Shown here in pieces: positions 1-8,911 of a DNA stretch of 64,000 nucleotides. The stretch covers positions 9,545 through 73,544 of the forward strand of contig DBFWPL010000025.1 of assembly GCA_048463395.1 (NCBI GenBank), read 5' to 3'. Position numbers and translations under genes: made by a program. This DNA comes from Alphaproteobacteria bacterium (GTDB lineage Bacteria > Pseudomonadota > Alphaproteobacteria > RF32 > CAG-239). Under the pieces are notes generated by a model. That model was not told the DNA's origin. It was given only the letters and a program-made list of their open reading frames with translations, and did not search any database. Every line of letters begins with the position of its first letter. Within the stretch, counting starts at the first letter, position 1.

Positions 1-2
1 GG

Positions 3-3000
3 TTGGAGCTTTTAGCTAAAAAACTTTTTGAAAACGGTTTATGGCCAGATGAAAATCCTGAAGGAACCGATAAACTAAAAAGCAAATCTCCTTATAAAAT
101 TAGAACAGATGCTCTAAATGAACGATTAGCAAGCCCTTATTATATCGGACGAGCCATTTTGCATATCGCCAAACACCGTGGAGCAGGTTTTGTTTCAGCT
201 AGTGAAGAAACAGAAGAGGAAATTTTAGAAGAGGGCGAAAAGTCAAAGGCTAAAAAGTCTTCTTATGATATGATGCTGCATCACCTAAAAGAAACAAATT
301 CCAAAACTATCGGCGAATTTTTTTATAATAAAATAATCTCTGGCAAAGGAAATGATAAAACTGTTCGTCAGAAAAAATATGCGATTGAAAAAAATATTGT
401 AGATTACGCCATACCTCGTTACCTTGTTAAAGATGAGTTTAATCAAATTTGGGATAAACAGTCCGAATTTTATCCGCAAATGAAAAAAGAAAATTTGAAG
501 AAAGAAATTTACGATATTTTATTTTATGAACGTCCGGCAGCACCGTATGCCACAGGTAAATGCATTTATTTCAGGGAAGAAGACCGCCTGCTAAAAGCTC
601 ACCCGTTATCGGAAATGCGTCGTATTTATGAAGAAGTCAACAATATCCGCATTTTAAATGGTATGGGCAAAAGAAAATTAACCTTGGAAGAAAGAAATGC
701 TATTGTTAATGAACTTTTGCTAAAAGGCCAAAATGCGGGTAAACAGGCAATCAAAAAATTGCTCAACTTGTCGGCACAATACAAAATTTCTTTGGTTGAT
801 GACAGAGTAATTAAAGCCTATTTATATTCTCGTCCCGAATTTGCAAATAATGAACATCTGCAAAATATGAACGAAGATGAGCTTTCATCTTTTATTGAGT
901 TTTTGGCAGAACCAAAAATGACGAAGGATAAAAATGCCCGTTTATACAATGAAGATGCGTTAATCGAGTATCTTAAGCCAATTCTGAAAATTGATGACGA
1001 AAAAGAAATCGGCAACCTTCTAACCAAACTGCCCAAAGGGCGGGGAATGTTAGGTATAAGTGCCACAAAAATTATTCTCGGAAAATTAAAAGAAGATGTA
1101 GTAACACATCGTGAAATTACCGACAAATTAGCTGAAACAGATAAACGATTTATGGCAGAGGAAGAAATCGCCCGCCAAAATCAGGGAAAATGTTTTCAAC
1201 TTCCTTATTATGGGGAAATTTTACAAACAGATACGGCTCCGCTTCCGCCGTTAATGATAAATAACAACAAAAGCCTTAACCCTGATGAGATAAAATGGGG
1301 TAAAATCGCCAATCCTGCCGTGCATATGATTCTCAATCAAATTCGTTTAGTTGTTAATGAAATTATCAAAATTTATGGTAAGCCTTATGACATCAATATT
1401 GAGCTTGGTCGTGATGTCGGTATGTCAACAAAGAAGAAAAAAGAATTTGAAAACCGACAAAAACAAAATGAAAAACTTAATGAAGAGGCTAAAAACCATT
1501 TAAAAGAACATAAAATTGCCATAAACAGTAAAAATATTTTAAAATACAAATTAGCCAAAGAGCAAGGGTGGAAAGATGCCTACAACCCGACACAAAATAT
1601 TTCTTCTGTATTTACGGGTATGGAAATTGAACATATTATTCCCCAGGCTAAAGGCGGAACAGATACATATAACAACCTCTGTTTAGTTAATCGCAATGAC
1701 AACTTAAACAAAGGCGACCGATATGCTTATGAATATTTTGAAGAAACAAAAACCCCTGAAGAAATCAGAGAAATTTTAAAAAATGCCCGTTCTCGTACCC
1801 CAGATAAATCTTGGCGGTTTGAAGCTGATGCTCGTGAAAAATATGAAGAAAGTGGTGATAAAGAAGAAAGCACCCGTTATCTGACGGATACCCGCTATGT
1901 TGCAAAAATGGCACAGCGATATTTGCGGGCTGTTGTCGATTGCTCTGATTGTGACGAAGTTATGCAAAATCGCATTTTGGCGGTCAAAGGCGGACAAACG
2001 GCCAAATTACGTCAACGTTGGAATTTACTTGGTTTAGAATATGATTTAATGGGACTTGATATTCCAAGATACTTTAAACTAAGTGAAGAACGCGTAAACC
2101 CATATACCGGTGAAGTATTTGATAAGGTTAAAAATAAAGAATGGCAACCCAAACCACGTATTGATCATAGACATCATGCTATGGATGCTATAACGGTTGC
2201 TTGTGCAAACCGTGGATTGATTCAAAAAATGGCAGAAGAAAATGATATTAACAAAATTCATTATCCGTTGCCTTTAACTTCTGTCGAATCTGTCGGAGAG
2301 TTTCGTCGCAAAGTTATCGACGTTCTAAAAAACGTCAAAGTTTCGCACAAGCCTAATCATAGTAAAGCAGGACAATTCCACAAAGAAACAGGTAGAACCG
2401 TTTTGTGTCAAAACCCTGATGACCCGAATTCTTTAATCACTGTTTATTCTCGCAAAATTTTACAAGTGGTAAAATCGGCTAAAGATTTAACGAAATTGCT
2501 TATTCCCAAAACAATTAAAAATGAATGGCACGAGGATATTGCAGAACATAAAGCTAAACAGGCTAAGTTAGTACAAGATTTTGAACTTTATATGAATACA
2601 GCGGAACAAATTTTAATTGCCGAAAATGAGCAAGGCATGGCCGAGGGTAAAAAGGAAATCAAAATTACCGAGGGAAGAATTTTGTTAAAAGCATTCCGCA
2701 TTATCCAAGATAAAGGCTTATGGAAAGGCGATAAATTTAGATGTTATTCCAACAGCTCATCTATGATAAATATTCCTAAACATGGTGTCGCTTATGAGGC
2801 TCAAAACAACCACTGTGTAGATTTTTATAATAAAGATGGCAAAGTTGGCTGGGAAGTCATTAAGCGATTTGATGCAAACCAAGCAGACTTTGAACCCCAA
2901 TGGAAAAAAGAGGGCGGAAAAATTATTTGGTCTGTTCAACAAGGTGATATTTTAGAACTTGATACACCTGATGAATGGAAACAATATACTGACAAAGAAA

Positions 3001-3239
3001 GATGTTTGGCAAAAGTAAAGAAGTTTAGCGATGGTGCTGTTACTATTGATTTTGTTACCGATGCCCGTATGACTTCGCCCAAAGATAAAAATTTGCAATA
3101 TATGTTTGTTGATAGTCTTGTAAATAGAGGATTAAGTTATTTTACAAATAACAAAGCACGCAAAGTTGAATTGACGCCATTCGGTAAAATCAAAAAGAAA
3201 CATAAGGTTCTATGGAATGGCACGAAGACAACGGCTTGA
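3..3239 (+). CDS. cas9: CRISPR-associated endonuclease Cas9, type II-C-like; N-terminus lies off-window (1078 aa fragment)
   Basis: The ORF translation carries an arginine-rich/bridge-helix-like motif (LHIAKHRG). It has an HNH motif (IEHIIPQAKGG...NNLCLV...NLNKGDRYAYEYF) that closely resembles the Neisseria meningitidis Cas9 motif NKGNQTPYEYF. A RuvC-III motif (DHRHHAMDAITVACA) is present, and the basic C-terminal tail resembles that of NmeCas9. Aligning against NmeCas9 suggests roughly 95 or more N-terminal residues are missing upstream of position 1. Confidence 0.93.
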   Translation: MELLAKKLFENGLWPDENPEGTDKLKSKSPYKIRTDALNERLASPYYIGRAILHIAKHRGAGFVSASEETEEEILEEGEKSKAKKSSYDMMLHHLKETNSKTIGEFFYNKIISGKGNDKTVRQKKYAIEKNIVDYAIPRYLVKDEFNQIWDKQSEFYPQMKKENLKKEIYDILFYERPAAPYATGKCIYFREEDRLLKAHPLSEMRRIYEEVNNIRILNGMGKRKLTLEERNAIVNELLLKGQNAGKQAIKKLLNLSAQYKISLVDDRVIKAYLYSRPEFANNEHLQNMNEDELSSFIEFLAEPKMTKDKNARLYNEDALIEYLKPILKIDDEKEIGNLLTKLPKGRGMLGISATKIILGKLKEDVVTHREITDKLAETDKRFMAEEEIARQNQGKCFQLPYYGEILQTDTAPLPPLMINNNKSLNPDEIKWGKIANPAVHMILNQIRLVVNEIIKIYGKPYDINIELGRDVGMSTKKKKEFENRQKQNEKLNEEAKNHLKEHKIAINSKNILKYKLAKEQGWKDAYNPTQNISSVFTGMEIEHIIPQAKGGTDTYNNLCLVNRNDNLNKGDRYAYEYFEETKTPEEIREILKNARSRTPDKSWRFEADAREKYEESGDKEESTRYLTDTRYVAKMAQRYLRAVVDCSDCDEVMQNRILAVKGGQTAKLRQRWNLLGLEYDLMGLDIPRYFKLSEERVNPYTGEVFDKVKNKEWQPKPRIDHRHHAMDAITVACANRGLIQKMAEENDINKIHYPLPLTSVESVGEFRRKVIDVLKNVKVSHKPNHSKAGQFHKETGRTVLCQNPDDPNSLITVYSRKILQVVKSAKDLTKLLIPKTIKNEWHEDIAEHKAKQAKLVQDFELYMNTAEQILIAENEQGMAEGKKEIKITEGRILLKAFRIIQDKGLWKGDKFRCYSNSSSMINIPKHGVAYEAQNNHCVDFYNKDGKVGWEVIKRFDANQADFEPQWKKEGGKIIWSVQQGDILELDTPDEWKQYTDKERCLAKVKKFSDGAVTIDFVTDARMTSPKDKNLQYMFVDSLVNRGLSYFTNNKARKVELTPFGKIKKKHKVLWNGTKTTA

Positions 3240-3258
3240 AACCCTGACAGGATGGTCA

Positions 3259-3579
3259 ATGATGTGGATAATCTGTATGTTTGACATTCCAGTCAGAACC
3301 AGAACGGAAATGCGTAAAGCGACACGTTTTCGTAATTTGCTCTTAGATGAAGGTTTTATGATGAAGCAGTTTTCTGTTTATATAAAACCGGTGAAGAGTT
3401 TATCTGTAGGGCAAACGACAACCAAGAAGTTGTCAAAATTTATTCCGGATAATTCTTCGGTTTCTTTTCTTTATGTTACGGATAAACAATACCTAATGAC
3501 GGAGAATTATTTAGGGCAAAATTATGAAGAAAATGAGGAAGAGAATCGTGAAAAAAACGGTCAACTGCTGTTATTTTAA
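3259..3579 (+). CDS. cas2: CRISPR-associated endoribonuclease Cas2 (type II family)
   Basis: The tool ORF is 3217..3579. The translation (MMWIICMFDIPVRTRTEMRKATRFRNLLLDEGFMMKQFSVYIKPV...FLYVTDKQYLMTENYLG) aligns with type II Cas2 sequences of the form MRMILMFDMPTDT...[21 protein letters not shown]. I prefer the in-frame ATG at 3259 because it is preceded by AGGATGG. The upstream ATG at 3217 would overlap the end of cas9 by 23 nt. Confidence 0.85.
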   Translation: MMWIICMFDIPVRTRTEMRKATRFRNLLLDEGFMMKQFSVYIKPVKSLSVGQTTTKKLSKFIPDNSSVSFLYVTDKQYLMTENYLGQNYEENEEENREKNGQLLLF

Positions 3580-3606
3580 GAGATAATCTTGCTTGTTTTT
3601 TTATAG

Positions 3607-3647
3607 AAAAAGCCTTGAATTTGTTTTTATTTCAAGGCTTTATGCTA
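3607..3647. terminator. Bidirectional intrinsic terminator between cas2 and the CRISPR array
   Basis: An 11-bp perfect stem (AAAGCCTTGAA at 3609-3619 pairing with TTCAAGGCTTT at 3631-3641) encloses an 11-nt loop. It is flanked by an A-run on the left and T residues on the right. On the minus strand the stem is followed by UUUUUCU, so it is the stronger terminator for transcripts leaving the array leftwards. Confidence 0.55.
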
Positions 3648-3653
3648 ATACAT

Positions 3654-4547
3654 AGCATATCAGAGATTAATTAGACGGTCAATTATAACGAAGTCTTTTC
3701 GTATATCCATTGGAAGATTAGCATATCAGAGATTAATTAGACGGTCAATTATAACTCTTCACATGACAGATTAAAAACCAAAGCAAGCATATCAGAGATT
3801 AATTAGACGGTCAATTATAACCCATGTTGCGTACTAGGAAAAGACCTCTGCAGCATATCAGAGATTAATTAGACGGTCAATTATAACGATTCTTGTTTTT
3901 TAAGCTGAGATAATATAAGCATATCAGAGATTAATTAGACGGTCAATTATAACATACCTGATTATTATGTTGAAAAATACAAAAGCATATCAGAGATTAA
4001 TTAGACGGTCAATTATAACGCGGCTTTTCATCACCAGTTTATATCGATGAGCATATCAGAGATTAATTAGACGGTCAATTATAACGTTATGAGGGCATAA
4101 AAAAACATTCAGAATAGCATATCAGAGATTAATTAGACGGTCAATTATAACTATTAGTGGTATACGTCGTCGTTTAACTCCAGCATATCAGAGATTAATT
4201 AGACGGTCAATTATAACTGTTTTAACGAAGAACCATCAGTCATCATAAGCATATCAGAGATTAATTAGACGGTCAATTATAACACTTAAAGCGGATATTA
4301 CTTCTCAACTTCAAGCATATCAGAGATTAATTAGACGGTCAATTATAACATGAAGAGCCGTGTATTATTTTAGGTATTAAGCATATCAGAGATTAATTAG
4401 ACGGTCAATTATAACGTAAATGTAAATATTGGCCTTACGGTGACGAGCATATCAGAGATTAATTAGACGGTCAATTATAACCGGGAGAACAGGGTTCTTT
4501 GCCTGATGCTCAGCTTATCAGAGATTAATTAAGAAATTATATAATTT
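3654..4547. CRISPR. CRISPR array with 13 complete 36-bp repeats, 13 spacers of 30 bp, and one truncated or degenerate terminal repeat
   Basis: The repeat, written on the + strand, is AGCATATCAGAGATTAATTAGACGGTCAATTATAAC. It recurs with exact 66-bp periodicity starting at 3654, 3720, 3786 and so on up to 4446. The spacers are all unique 30-mers. A degenerate copy, AGCTTATCAGAGATTAATTAAG, sits at 4512-4533. The reverse complement of the repeat begins GTTATAATTGACC, which matches the usual GTT start of type II repeats in transcript orientation. That argues the crRNAs are read from the minus strand, right to left and co-directional with cas1. Confidence 0.95.
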
Positions 4548-5463
4548 CCGGATATTTTAAAGCAACCTTTTTTGTTTCGAAACTATCAACTAAGCTGCTT
4601 ATGAAGTTATAAATTCCATCATTTAATGAAACGCAGCCTTTAGTTGTTTTTACTGGATATGTTATAATTTTTGTCAGATTTCTTTTAAGTTCCGGTGTTA
4701 ATTCTATATGGTCAATATTTACCATTTTGTTTAATTCTTCAAAGACAATTTTATCTGCGATTGCTCGAAAAGGTTCAATCATATCATCGACAAGGGGTAA
4801 TGAGTTTGATTTTGTGCAATGTTTTAGTCCCAAATATGGTAATAATCCGTTTCCGGAAATTGCTCTGGCGACCATAGCTCGTAAGACAATATATGAGTAG
4901 TTTAGCATAATATTTATATCATCATTAAGGCGGTCTCTTATAAATTTTTTGCCAAAGAGTGATTTGAAGTATATGGCTGCGGCAACACCTTCATTATTTT
5001 GAGCGTCATTACTCAATGTTTCTTTTGCCAGATTTTTTAATCTTTCAATGTTTGTATTTTCAGGGAAAAAATGTTCTAATATTTTAGCTTGGTTTAAAAT
5101 TTTGTTTTGAACGATGCTTTTCCATAGATTTTTTTGTAGTGGTTTGGAGCAGTTTATTTGCTGCTTTATTCTGGGAGCCATGAGCCAATGTCCTGTATAG
5201 GGAAGAGCTATTGTTTCAGGAAGATAATTTTTGCCGCAAAAGATAATGTTTCCGCCTTGTCGGCTGACAGCATTGATGATGTTTTTGGAAACGGTGATGT
5301 TGTTGGCGGATAACACCAAGGCCAGGATGTTATCAAGAGGGATTTCTTGTTTGAGTTTGTTGTCTTTATTTTCGATGTTTAAAAAGCCTCTGTGTAAAGA
5401 TAGAGAAAACCCATCATTCATGACTTCAATTATTTGTTTATCCATATGAAAACTTTCTTTCAA
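4537..5463 (-). CDS. cas1: CRISPR-associated endonuclease Cas1 (type II)
   Basis: The 308-aa ORF carries the conserved Cas1 catalytic region (LGLKH ... DDMIEPFRAIAD) and a length typical of Cas1. Its stop codon lies 4 nt from the degenerate terminal repeat. Confidence 0.9.
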   Translation of the reverse strand: MKESFHMDKQIIEVMNDGFSLSLHRGFLNIENKDNKLKQEIPLDNILALVLSANNITVSKNIINAVSRQGGNIIFCGKNYLPETIALPYTGHWLMAPRIKQQINCSKPLQKNLWKSIVQNKILNQAKILEHFFPENTNIERLKNLAKETLSNDAQNNEGVAAAIYFKSLFGKKFIRDRLNDDINIMLNYSYIVLRAMVARAISGNGLLPYLGLKHCTKSNSLPLVDDMIEPFRAIADKIVFEELNKMVNIDHIELTPELKRNLTKIITYPVKTTKGCVSLNDGIYNFISSLVDSFETKKVALKYPEII

Positions 5464-5694
5464 GATTTTTAATTATTATATCTTATCAGGCAGATAAGTC
5501 AACAAGGGGAACCTTTCGGAAATCTTAGTTTTGGGGAAGGAAGAGTTTTTTATACAGGGAGAAAATGGCTGGGATTCTAGAAAAAGTAATGTTATTCTTT
5601 GGAGAGAGAGGAAATTGTTTTTTATTGAGTAATAAAAAAACAGATATTTTTCAATACCTGTTTTTTTATTGTTTTTGTTATTTAAAACGTCGGC

Positions 5695-6483
5695 TTATTT
5701 AATTTCTTCTTCCGGCATGATAATTTCATTTTCAACAATGGCCGGAGTGGTTCCAACCAGGTTAGCCGGCTGAGTAAGGACGGTTGTTGAAGCAGGAGTC
5801 GTGGTCGTTACGACAACCGGAGCAGCAGGTACTGTTGCTGTTGTTTCAATAACGTTGGCCGGTTGGGCAATAACTCTTGTGCTTACGATTTGAGCTCCTG
5901 TAACCGGTTGTTTTTCATAGCTGACAGCCTGATGTGTTTCCGGTTTGTAAACTGTTGTATAAGTTGTTTTCTTATAGGTAACTTCTACCGGTTCTTTAAC
6001 TTCTTTTACAGTTGACTGACAGCCGGAAGCTGTAGCATTGGCTGTTGTATAGTTTGCACAAGGAACAACATTAACAACTCTTTGTGCCGGAGCGGCTGTT
6101 TTGACGATAACCGGTTCAATAACAGGCTGAGGAGCTGCTTTTTCCTGAGAAGCATTACAAGGAGCAGAATCTAAAATTGAGCCATTGTAGTTGCTTCTGC
6201 AAGGAGAAGAAGCAAGGAGAGTTGTGTTTGTTTCAGGTTTTGGAGCCTGATAAGCGTTTTGAACGATAACCGGCCGGCGGGCTTTTACGACTCTGACCTG
6301 TTGACCGTTTTGAGTGTAATAAGTCTGTGAGGTGTATCTTCTGGATAAGCAGTTACCGTTTTCATCATAGTAATTGCATCCTTGGTCATCATAACCTCTG
6401 TAAACTTCTTGTGTGTGGGTAGTGCAAGCCGCTAATAAAGCGATTGCTGATAAAATGAGTGTTTTTTTCATCAAAGTTCTCAC
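5695..6483 (-). CDS. Putative lipoprotein, Thr/Val/Pro-rich, function unknown
   Basis: The protein has a signal peptide with an LLAAC lipobox. Its body is low-complexity and rich in T, V and P, with scattered cysteines. Confidence 0.6.
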   Translation of the reverse strand: MRTLMKKTLILSAIALLAACTTHTQEVYRGYDDQGCNYYDENGNCLSRRYTSQTYYTQNGQQVRVVKARRPVIVQNAYQAPKPETNTTLLASSPCRSNYNGSILDSAPCNASQEKAAPQPVIEPVIVKTAAPAQRVVNVVPCANYTTANATASGCQSTVKEVKEPVEVTYKKTTYTTVYKPETHQAVSYEKQPVTGAQIVSTRVIAQPANVIETTATVPAAPVVVTTTTPASTTVLTQPANLVGTTPAIVENEIIMPEEEIK

Positions 6484-6577
6484 CTTTAAAAATGGTTAAC
6501 AAAACATTAATTTTGTGTCCAATATAATGTTTTTTTTAAATTTGTCAATTTCTCATTAAAAAAATTTTTATTTTTTT

Positions 6578-7852
6578 TTACTTCTTTTGAGTCTTTTTCT
6601 TTAATTTTCTAATATTTTCTGCGAGTTTTTGAGCTTTTTGAATGATTTCTTTTTCACCCTTTACGGATTTGTTTCTCATTAATATTTGTCCATCACAGAT
6701 AACGTCGGTGATGCAAGAGCTGTCTGCGGCATAAACAATATTGGAAATAAGATTGTAATCCGGTGTTAGGAAAATATTGTCTAAATCGACCAATATGCAG
6801 TCGGCAAGTGCTTGTTTTTCAATGATTCCCGCATTTAATCCGAAAGCCTGAGCTCCGTTCCTGGTGGCCATGCGAAAAATATCTTGAGCTTTGCCAGCGG
6901 AAGCGTTCATCGATTCGATTTTTGCTGCCAGGGAGCAAAGTTTCATTTCCTCCAGCATACTGAGATTGTTATTGGAGGCTGAACCATCCGTTCCTAAAGT
7001 CAGGTTGCAGCCGGATTTAAGAAGTTTTTCAAATTTAAACAATCCGGAGCAGAGTTTCATGTTGGAGGCCGGATTGGTGGCAAGATTGACTTGGTGTTTG
7101 CTTAAGATTTCAATATCTTTTTCGCTTAAGTGGATTGCATGGGCTAAAATGGTTTTGGGACCGAGCAAATTCCATTCATCAAGTTTTTCAATCGGGGATT
7201 TTCCGTATTTGGCGAGACAATCCTCGACTTCTTTGGCGGTTTCGGAGGCGTGGATATGAATGAATAAGTTATTTTTATGAGCAAATTCTGCCGTCCATTT
7301 AAATAAGTTTTCCGAAACGGTATAAACCGCGTGGCAGGAAATGCTTTTGATAATTCTTTCCGGACAAGGGTTAGGTTGGTTATAAAATTCCAAAGCCATT
7401 TCCTTTTTTTGGTGGGCGGTTTCTTCGTCAAACAAGTCAAACTGCACAAGAGAAACTGCGGCTCGAACACCCATTTCACAAACGGCTTGGATGGAGCGTT
7501 CCATAAACCAATACATGTCTGAGAAAAATACGGTTCCGGTTTTTATCATCTCCAATATTGCCAGACGGGTTGCGTCATATATGTCGTCAGGGGAGAGAAG
7601 GGCTTCAATCGGCCAGATGTCTTCATTGAGCCAATCAAAGAGTGGTTTGTCGTCCCCTAAACCTTTCAAAACAGTCATGGCGGCATGAGTATGCGTATTG
7701 TAAAATGCCGGAAGGATGGCTTTGCGGCTGCCGTCAATGATGGTATCTGCCGGAGTATTTATATTGGGTTTTATTTGGGCAAATGTGTTTCCTTCAATGA
7801 GGATATCTGTAGTCTCATTGTTTAGCAGAATGTTTTTTATCAATATTGTCAT
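6578..7852 (-). CDS. mtaD: Amidohydrolase-family deaminase, 5-methylthioadenosine/S-adenosylhomocysteine deaminase (MtaD)-like
   Basis: The N-terminal metal-binding motif is FYNTHTHAAMTVLKG and an HxH signature is present. Length is 424 aa and the chlorohydrolase/MtaD pattern includes HIHASET and GTDG. Confidence 0.7.
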   Translation of the reverse strand: MTILIKNILLNNETTDILIEGNTFAQIKPNINTPADTIIDGSRKAILPAFYNTHTHAAMTVLKGLGDDKPLFDWLNEDIWPIEALLSPDDIYDATRLAILEMIKTGTVFFSDMYWFMERSIQAVCEMGVRAAVSLVQFDLFDEETAHQKKEMALEFYNQPNPCPERIIKSISCHAVYTVSENLFKWTAEFAHKNNLFIHIHASETAKEVEDCLAKYGKSPIEKLDEWNLLGPKTILAHAIHLSEKDIEILSKHQVNLATNPASNMKLCSGLFKFEKLLKSGCNLTLGTDGSASNNNLSMLEEMKLCSLAAKIESMNASAGKAQDIFRMATRNGAQAFGLNAGIIEKQALADCILVDLDNIFLTPDYNLISNIVYAADSSCITDVICDGQILMRNKSVKGEKEIIQKAQKLAENIRKLKKKTQKK

Positions 7853-7971
7853 GGCAAGCCCTCGTGTATTTATCAGTATTTTTATTATTAGAACGGATAG
7901 TATCTAAAAATTCAAGTTATATTAATTATATATAGATAAACTATGTTCTGTAAACGTTATCGGAGGCAATT

Positions 7972-8181
7972 ATGACAGAACAAGACTTGGAAGAGCGGCT
8001 TATTAGTATTGAAACGGCAATTGCCGATCAGGACAGAATCATTGAAGATTTGAATCAGGTGGTTATTGCCCAAGGTAAGATTATTGATAAGCTGGAAAAA
8101 CAAAATAAATATCTGTTGGATATGGTTAATCAGGAAACTGTGAAACCTTTGAGTGAGGAAACGCCTCCTCCTCATTATTGA
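7972..8181 (+). CDS. slyX: SlyX family protein
   Basis: This 69-aa coiled-coil protein ends in the ...ETPPPHY motif typical of SlyX. Confidence 0.8.
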   Translation: MTEQDLEERLISIETAIADQDRIIEDLNQVVIAQGKIIDKLEKQNKYLLDMVNQETVKPLSEETPPPHY

Positions 8182-8909
8182 CAACTACTAAGAAGGGACG
8201 GGAAATGACGATGGATTATGAGGCCTTATATAAATTAACACACGGTTTGTATGTATTGGGAGCCAGAGACGGAGATAAATTTGCCGGAAGTATTGTTGAT
8301 GCGGTTATGCAAGTTGCCAACAAGCCTTGGGTTATTGCCGTATCGTGTACTAACAGCAGTTATACAAAAGGGTGTGTGAACAAGGATAAAGAATTTTCAT
8401 TGTCGGTTTTAAGCAAGAAGGTTGCTCCTTTTGTTGTGGCTAACTTTGGTTTTCAATCCAGCAGAGATGTCAACAAATGGGAAAAGGTTGATTATTGCGT
8501 TATTGACCGGCTTCCGTATTTGAAAGACAATTTGGCAACTTTGCACTGTAAAGTGTTGCAGGAAGTTGTTTTTGAAAGCAACACCATGTTTATTGCCGAA
8601 GTTCTGAATTGTGCAGACAATCAGGATGGTGAGGCCCTGACTTATAATGACTATCGGACTTATTTTAAAAATGACGTTTTAAAAAGTTTTGAAAAAATGA
8701 AGAAAGGAAGGGAGACTGTTATGACTGATAATGATGTTAAAGAAAAGGATACCAAACCAGCTCAGGAAACGGATAAAAACAACGGTAAACATTGGGTTTG
8801 TACGGTTTGTGAGTATGTTTATGACGAAGCCGTGCCGTTTGAAGAGCTTCCGGATGACTGGACTTGTCCGGTTTGCGGTGTTGATAAGAGTTTGTTTGTT
8901 CTTAAATAA
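8178..8909 (+). CDS. Flavin reductase-like domain fused to a C-terminal rubredoxin (high-molecular-weight rubredoxin)
   Basis: The N-terminal domain is a flavin reductase-like FMN-binding split barrel. The C-terminus carries two CxxC pairs ([10 protein letters not shown]...DDWTCPVCG) typical of rubredoxin. Confidence 0.75.
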   Translation: MTTTKKGREMTMDYEALYKLTHGLYVLGARDGDKFAGSIVDAVMQVANKPWVIAVSCTNSSYTKGCVNKDKEFSLSVLSKKVAPFVVANFGFQSSRDVNKWEKVDYCVIDRLPYLKDNLATLHCKVLQEVVFESNTMFIAEVLNCADNQDGEALTYNDYRTYFKNDVLKSFEKMKKGRETVMTDNDVKEKDTKPAQETDKNNGKHWVCTVCEYVYDEAVPFEELPDDWTCPVCGVDKSLFVLK

Positions 8910-8911
8910 TT

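Noticed and set aside
285-2942. Several 60-100 aa minus-strand ORFs inside cas9 (285..479, 818..1126, 1776..1997, 2079..2261, 2757..2942)
   Set aside because: They lie antisense within a well-supported Cas9 reading frame. They are Lys/Phe/Ile-rich and typical of AT-rich antisense frames, and none has an RBS or motif.
3655-3689. Repeat unit initially read as 35 bp with 31-bp spacers
   Set aside because: Every repeat is preceded by a conserved A, and so is the degenerate copy. The 36-bp repeat with 30-bp spacer gives the canonical type II geometry.
4695-5449. Plus-strand ORFs 4695..4877 and 5231..5449 inside cas1
   Set aside because: They are antisense to an intact Cas1 frame and have no supporting signals.
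5469-5560. Repeat-like stretch upstream of cas1 (AATTATTATATCTTATCAGGCAGATAAGTCAA with a CTTATC/GATAAG hairpin), considered as a tracrRNA anti-repeat or an extra degenerate repeat
   Set aside because: The matching segments are in the wrong order for contiguous pairing with the crRNA repeat, and similarity is low. No clear nexus or terminator follows. It is kept only as a weak alternative in the tracrRNA finding.
7957-8184. Minus-strand ORF 7957..8184 opposite slyX
   Set aside because: The plus-strand frame gives a textbook SlyX ending ETPPPHY. The antisense frame has no features.
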